Positions 27,407 through 32,000 of a stretch of DNA of 32,000 nucleotides are shown here, one piece after another. The position numbers were made by a program, and so were the translations under genes. Below the pieces are notes generated by a model that worked only from the letters and a program-made list of their open reading frames with translations, was not told where the DNA came from and searched no databases. Source of the DNA: Fastidiosibacter lacustris (lineage in GTDB: Bacteria > Pseudomonadota > Gammaproteobacteria > Francisellales > Francisellaceae); contig NZ_QLIR01000001.1 in NCBI RefSeq assembly GCF_003428155.1, positions 1 through 32,000 on the forward strand. The letters run 5' to 3'. The first letter of the stretch is position 1; every line of letters begins with the position of its first letter.

Positions 27407-27760
27407 ATGCACGAGTTTTCTCTTTGTCAGAGTGTCATTAAAATCGTATCTGATCAGCTTATAAAAAAGAAGTATAAAAGCACCAATAAGATCAATAAAG
27501 TAATACTGAGTATAGGCGAGATTGCAGGAGTTGATATTGAATCAATCCGATTTTGGTTTCCAGTTGTGGCAAAAGACACCCCTTTAGAAAAAGCACAGCT
27601 GGAGGTCAAGCTCAAAGAAGGTAAGGCTTTGTGTTTAAGATGCAATTATGTGTATCGATTATTTAAGTTATATCAGGCTTGCCCAAATTGTGAATCATAT
27701 GAGAAGCATATCTTAAGTGGTCAAGAAATGTTGGTTAAAAATATTGAAATGAGCAATTGA
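27407..27760 (+). CDS. hypA: hydrogenase nickel-insertion protein HypA
   Basis: It has the MHEFSLCQ N-terminus and two CxxC pairs (CLRC, CPNC). Length is 117 aa. Confidence 0.85.
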   Translation: MHEFSLCQSVIKIVSDQLIKKKYKSTNKINKVILSIGEIAGVDIESIRFWFPVVAKDTPLEKAQLEVKLKEGKALCLRCNYVYRLFKLYQACPNCESYEKHILSGQEMLVKNIEMSN

Positions 27761-27793
27761 ACGTTTTTTTATTTTCACATCTAAGGAGCAAAA

Positions 27794-28528
27794 ATGTGTA
27801 CAACTTGTGGATGTCAAGGTAATACCTATCATGAGCATGATCACCACCATTATGAGCATCGAATTGATAGTATTGAAATTGAAAAGGCGATTTTAGAAGT
27901 CAATGATTATCATGCAAAGCATAATCGTGAATATTTAGACAAACGAAATGCTGTAGCATTAAATTTTGTATCCAGTCCAGGTTCTGGTAAGACTTCACTA
28001 CTTGAAAAGACAGTTTCTGCACTTCAACAAAAGTATTTAGTTGCTGTTGTAGAAGGCGATCAACATACAGAAATCGATGCAGATAGAATACGTAAAGTAG
28101 GTGGTCAGGCTTATCAAATCAATACGGGTAAAACATGTCATTTGGATGCCCACATGGTTGGTCATGCATTTGAACATTTAGCAATAGCAGAGAATAGCTT
28201 TGTTTTTATTGAAAACGTTGGCAATTTGATTTGTCCTGCTATGTTTGATTTAGGAGAGCATCATCGGATTGCTGTGATTTCAACAACTGAAGGAGATGAT
28301 AAACCTCTTAAGTATCCAGATATGTTTTATTATGCTGATACCGTTGTGATCAATAAAACAGATTTATTACCTTATGTTGATTTCGATACTAAGCGCTGTA
28401 TAGATAATATACGTAAGATTCGTACTGAGGCAAGGGTGTTTGAGTTATCTGTAAAAACAGGTCAAGGGTTAAATATATGGGTTAGCTGGCTAAAAAGTTT
28501 GATTAAAGAAAGAATAAACACGGTATGA
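27794..28528 (+). CDS. hypB: hydrogenase nickel-incorporation GTPase HypB
   Basis: It has an N-terminal MCTTCGC high-affinity Ni site, a His-rich stretch, a P-loop (SSPGSGKTS), and ENVGNL and NKTD motifs. Confidence 0.9.
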   Translation: MCTTCGCQGNTYHEHDHHHYEHRIDSIEIEKAILEVNDYHAKHNREYLDKRNAVALNFVSSPGSGKTSLLEKTVSALQQKYLVAVVEGDQHTEIDADRIRKVGGQAYQINTGKTCHLDAHMVGHAFEHLAIAENSFVFIENVGNLICPAMFDLGEHHRIAVISTTEGDDKPLKYPDMFYYADTVVINKTDLLPYVDFDTKRCIDNIRKIRTEARVFELSVKTGQGLNIWVSWLKSLIKERINTV

Positions 28529-28532
28529 AATT

Positions 28533-30821
28533 ATGAAAGGCTGTGTGAAGGTTGTAGCAAACGGCGTTGTGCAAGGTGTGGGTTTTAGACCTTTTATTTA
28601 TCGTTTGGCTCGTGATTTTAAGTTAAATGGTAGTGTGCAGAACACACCAAGAGGTGTTGAAATTATACTAGACACCACACTCAAACATGCTCAGTTGTTT
28701 ATTGACGCAATCAAAACACATCTGCCAACTTTAGCAAGATTGGAAATGATCAGTATGAGTATTGTTGATTCTGCAAAAAAATATTCTACTTTTGAAATTT
28801 TAAAGAGTGAGCAAGGTGAAAGTGCAACACAAATTCCTATTGACACTGCCATTTGTACCTTATGTTTACAAGAACTCTTTTCACCAAATAGTGGTTATTA
28901 CCTTTACCCTTACGTTAGCTGTACTCACTGTGGTCCACGTTATAGTGTGATTGATGCCTTGCCATACGATCGTGATAAAACAACGTTTAATGATTTTCCG
29001 TTATGTTCTTCTTGCTTGGCAGTGTATCAAGATCCATTAAATAGGCGCTATCATGCTCAAACGACGGTTTGTGAAAAATGTGGGCCACAACTGTCACATC
29101 ACTTTCATGAGATGAGCGATATTTTACATCAAGGTAGAATCTTAGCTTTGAAAAGCCATAATGGTTTTAGACTGATTCTAAATGCCCAGGATGAACAAGC
29201 CATAAGCTTGTTGCGTAAACGGAAGTTTCGACCACAGAAGCCGTTTGCCTTAATGTCTTTGAACATGGAAAGCATAAAGCAATATGTTATGGTAGGTGAC
29301 AAAGAATCGACATTATTGCATTTGCCACAGCGCCCAATTGTATTATTGAGCAAAAAGGAAAATTGTAAGCTACCAAGTAGCTTAGCTCCTGGTTTAAATG
29401 AACTCGGTTTTATGCTGCCGGCAACAGGGTTAGATTATTTGCTTTTTTATTATCTGTTAGGAAAACCTCAAGGACAGCAGTGGTTACAACAAGCTCATGA
29501 TCTTGCTCTTATCGTAACAAGTGCAAATTTATCTGGTGGCAGTATTATTGCGAACAATATGGCAGCAAAAGAAAAATTACACTTTATTGCAGATTTAATC
29601 GTTGATGATAATCGTAAAATTGCTATGCAAAGTGATGATAGTGTAATGCGAGTTGTGGCAAATAAATCGATGATGATTCGTCGATCTAGAGGGTTTACAC
29701 CTACAACTTTAGCACTAAAAGAGAAGCTTCCAAGCGTATTTGCAGCTGGAGCGTTATTAAAAAATACTTTTTGCTTTATTGATAAGAGTGAAGCATATTT
29801 GTCTCAGTATATCGGCGATATGGATAATCAGGATAGCATCGAGTATTTTCAAAAAGCGTTTCACCATTATCAAAAGCTATTTGGTATGAAGTTCTCAGCA
29901 GTAGGGTGTGATTTACATCCGGATTTTTATACAACCAGTTTTGTTGAGCGTCTTGATTTGCCTTTGTATAAAATTCAACACCATAAAGCTCATGCTGCAT
30001 CAGTGATTGCTGAACATAACATCAAAGGAGAGGCATTAGCACTTATTTTAGATGGCTTTGGTATGGGAGAAGATGGGGTTGCAAGAGGTGGTGAGTTATA
30101 TCACTGTAATATAGCTGAACTTAGCTTTAAGCAAATAGGTGAGCTTAGTCCTATGATTTATCTAGGTGGGGATAGAGTACAAAAAGAGCCCTGGCGTATG
30201 GCCTTATCGTTATGTGTTGAACTTGCCCTTAGTGTACCAAACTATTTGTTAGAGCATCGAAATTCAAAAATATTCTTAGATTTGTTACAACAAAATAGCT
30301 CAAGTTTACCTGTTACAACTAGTATGGGACGCTTATTTGACGGCATTTCAAGTTTACTAGATATCTGTCATTACAATAGTTTTGAAGGTGAGGCTGCTAT
30401 GAAGTTAGAGGCATTAGCAATTACTCCTGTCGTTGACGAAGCATTGTTCAAATTAAATCCAAACAACCAATTGGATATTTCTTGGTTGATTAAAGCATTA
30501 TTAAGTAGTTCAAACCAAACGCAGGCAAGTAATTTGTTTCATGGCACGTTGGCATATGCGTTAAGCGTTTGGATGGATAAAAATGCACAAGTCAAAGACA
30601 TAAAACAAGTCATTTTAAGTGGTGGATGTTTTCAGAATAAAGTGTTATTGACGCTATTATTAGCGCATTTAAAAGAGAGGGGTTTAACTGTTTATATTCC
30701 TGAGTCTGTCCCTGTAAACGATGGTGGTGTGAGCTTAGGGCAAGCCTGGTTTGCTGCTAAAAAATACCAGAAGGAGAAACAAAATGTGTTTAGCAATTCC
30801 TGCACAAGTGATTGCACTTAA
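28533..30821 (+). CDS. hypF: carbamoyltransferase HypF
   Basis: It has an acylphosphatase-like N-terminus (VQGVGFRPFIYRLA), two zinc-finger repeats (CxxC...CxxCGPRYS and CxxC...CxxCGP), and YrdC-like and Kae1-like regions. Length is 762 aa. Confidence 0.9.
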   Translation: MKGCVKVVANGVVQGVGFRPFIYRLARDFKLNGSVQNTPRGVEIILDTTLKHAQLFIDAIKTHLPTLARLEMISMSIVDSAKKYSTFEILKSEQGESATQIPIDTAICTLCLQELFSPNSGYYLYPYVSCTHCGPRYSVIDALPYDRDKTTFNDFPLCSSCLAVYQDPLNRRYHAQTTVCEKCGPQLSHHFHEMSDILHQGRILALKSHNGFRLILNAQDEQAISLLRKRKFRPQKPFALMSLNMESIKQYVMVGDKESTLLHLPQRPIVLLSKKENCKLPSSLAPGLNELGFMLPATGLDYLLFYYLLGKPQGQQWLQQAHDLALIVTSANLSGGSIIANNMAAKEKLHFIADLIVDDNRKIAMQSDDSVMRVVANKSMMIRRSRGFTPTTLALKEKLPSVFAAGALLKNTFCFIDKSEAYLSQYIGDMDNQDSIEYFQKAFHHYQKLFGMKFSAVGCDLHPDFYTTSFVERLDLPLYKIQHHKAHAASVIAEHNIKGEALALILDGFGMGEDGVARGGELYHCNIAELSFKQIGELSPMIYLGGDRVQKEPWRMALSLCVELALSVPNYLLEHRNSKIFLDLLQQNSSSLPVTTSMGRLFDGISSLLDICHYNSFEGEAAMKLEALAITPVVDEALFKLNPNNQLDISWLIKALLSSSNQTQASNLFHGTLAYALSVWMDKNAQVKDIKQVILSGGCFQNKVLLTLLLAHLKERGLTVYIPESVPVNDGGVSLGQAWFAAKKYQKEKQNVFSNSCTSDCT

Positions 30822-31005
30822 AAAAGATCAACAGGCGCTTGTTAATGTTGGTGGAGTGCATAAAGAGATTTCTTTGGTGTTGCTGGCAGAAAATATTAAG
30901 GTGGGTGAATACGTGCTTGTTCATGTGGGCTTTGCATTGAGTAAGCTTAATGAAGAAAAAGCCAAACAGACTTTAGCTGACTTTGCTCAGATGTTAAAAC
31001 AATGA
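30784..31005 (+). CDS. hypC: hydrogenase assembly chaperone HypC
   Basis: It has the MCLAIPAQV N-terminus with the essential Cys2 and an RBS (AAGGAG) 7 nt upstream. It overlaps the hypF 3' end. Confidence 0.85.
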   Translation: MCLAIPAQVIALKKDQQALVNVGGVHKEISLVLLAENIKVGEYVLVHVGFALSKLNEEKAKQTLADFAQMLKQ

Positions 31006-31014
31006 GGATCAGTC

Positions 31015-32000
31015 ATGAATTATATTGAGGTTTTTCGCGATCCTAGGGTAGCAAACAAGCTGATTGAAAAAATCCAAAAAGTAGCATTACCAGATAGAGA
31101 ATATCATTTAATGGAGTTTTGTGGTGGACATACACATGCAATCCATCGTTATGGGATTGCTGGGCTTTTGCCAAGTAATGTACATATGATTCATGGACCT
31201 GGATGTCCTGTTTGCGTTTTACCTGTTTCACGTGTTGATCAGGCAATTTTTTTAGCCAGACAAGAGAATGTCATCTTTTGTAGTTATGCAGATATGTTAC
31301 GGGTACCAGGTACAAACCAAGATAGTCTGATAAAAGCAAAAGCACGTGGTGCAGATGTTCGTATGGTTTACTCTATTGAAGATGCAGTAAAACTTGCTAT
31401 TTCTCAGTCAAATAAAAAAGTCATTTTTTTTGCAATAGGTTTTGAGACAACAACACCGCCTACTGCTGTTGCAATTGATACAGCAAATAAATCTGATATA
31501 GGCAACTTTTATATATTTTGTAATCATGTATTAACACCAGTTGCAATGGAAGCGATTTTATCAGATGAAGTTAAAATCAATGGTTTTGTTGGTCCTTCAC
31601 ATGTGAGTATTGTTATTGGTAGTAATGCTTATCATTCTGTAGCAACGAAATATCACAAGCCTATAGTGATTGCAGGATTTGAACCTTTAGATGTATTGCA
31701 ATCGATCTTAATGTTGATAGAAATGATCAATAACAATGAAATTGGTGTAAAAAATCAATATATTCGCGCAGTAAGTGCAACGGGTAATGAATTTGCTCAA
31801 AGGCTTATTCATACTTATTTGGAATTATGCCCAACGTTTGAGTGGAGAGGATTAGGTTTTATCCCTAAAAGTGCTTTAAAAATTAAACAAGAATATGCAC
31901 GTTTTGATGCGGAAGTGGAATTTGCTATTCCTCAGGGTGTTGTAGGTATTGAGCACAAAGCATGTGCTTGTTCTGATATTTTAAGGGGTATAAAAAAGCC
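31015..32000 (+). CDS. hypD: hydrogenase maturation protein HypD (3' end beyond the window)
   Basis: My own translation from the ATG at 31015 reads MNYIEVFRDPRVANKL...MEFCGGHTHAI...HGPGCPVCVLP...FFAIGFETTTP. The frame stays open to the window end, so it is absent from the ORF track. Confidence 0.9.
   Translation, partial: MNYIEVFRDPRVANKLIEKIQKVALPDREYHLMEFCGGHTHAIHRYGIAGLLPSNVHMIHGPGCPVCVLPVSRVDQAIFLARQENVIFCSYADMLRVPGTNQDSLIKAKARGADVRMVYSIEDAVKLAISQSNKKVIFFAIGFETTTPPTAVAIDTANKSDIGNFYIFCNHVLTPVAMEAILSDEVKINGFVGPSHVSIVIGSNAYHSVATKYHKPIVIAGFEPLDVLQSILMLIEMINNNEIGVKNQYIRAVSATGNEFAQRLIHTYLELCPTFEWRGLGFIPKSALKIKQEYARFDAEVEFAIPQGVVGIEHKACACSDILRGIKK

Noticed and set aside
347-30000. Short ORFs antisense to host genes (for example 347-532, 2841-3032, 3315-3608, 4789-5106, 5823-6023, 20250-20474, 21529-22126, 22571-22816, 24444-24966, 26883-27179, 27454-27645, 29129-29353, 29776-30000, 31043-31246)
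   Set aside because: Each is nested in, or antisense to, a well-supported conserved gene. Their translations are AT-biased (Ile/Phe/Lys/Asn-rich) and motif-free.
1-32000. CRISPR arrays, tRNA or rRNA genes, prophage structural genes
   Set aside because: I found no regularly spaced direct repeats of CRISPR size and no cloverleaf-like sequence in the intergenic regions I read (2378-2528, 7182-7472, 19958-20066, 21030-21112, 22922-23340, 23821-23920, 27258-27406). No capsid, tail or terminase-like ORFs are present.

Overview
The window is an AT-rich gammaproteobacterial chromosome segment. The long tmRNA tag, GNNKKARVVANDSIFAVRKAA, resembles the Francisella/Thiotrichales type as I recall it. A block of foreign composition about 12 kb long (about 7.9-19.96 kb) sits directly downstream of ssrA.

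Host genes:
- Left side: cbpA-cbpM, bcp, yceD-rpmF-plsX-fabH and ssrA.
- Right side: sppA, aspS, a lone hydrogenase maturation protease, ackA-pta and hypABFCD.
- Signs of genome decay: an IS5-like transposase stub at the left edge, a 5'-truncated aminopeptidase P, a dioxygenase fragment, and panD with two frameshifts.

The island is one gap-free, same-strand gene array, read 5' to 3':
- an excisionase-type HTH gene
- hsdM, with a 1-nt frameshift
- hsdS, whose first target-recognition domain looks internally deleted
- a 46-codon ORF that overlaps both neighbours by ATGA
- an intact 851-aa AAA_13/RloC-like ATPase with a CxxC hook and an R-x3-E...H tail
- an intact AlbA_2 (Schlafen-like)/HATPase_c_4/wHTH protein
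- a 542-aa in-frame fusion of the HsdR N-terminal nuclease domain to a Type III Res C-terminal nuclease domain, with no helicase motor
- a second, GC-rich RloC-like gene broken at a G6 run
- a sbcD-N::rhuM-fragment fusion that ends at the host junction

I found no integrase and no att repeat.

Most interesting points:
- All three hsd genes are damaged, yet the restriction-linked passenger genes (the RloC-like ATPase, the Schlafen-like protein and the motor-less double nuclease) remain intact and translationally coupled.
- A frame-rotating 11-bp-phased TTCGGAA repeat lies inside the Schlafen-like gene.

All functional calls come from motif recognition by eye. No database search was possible.
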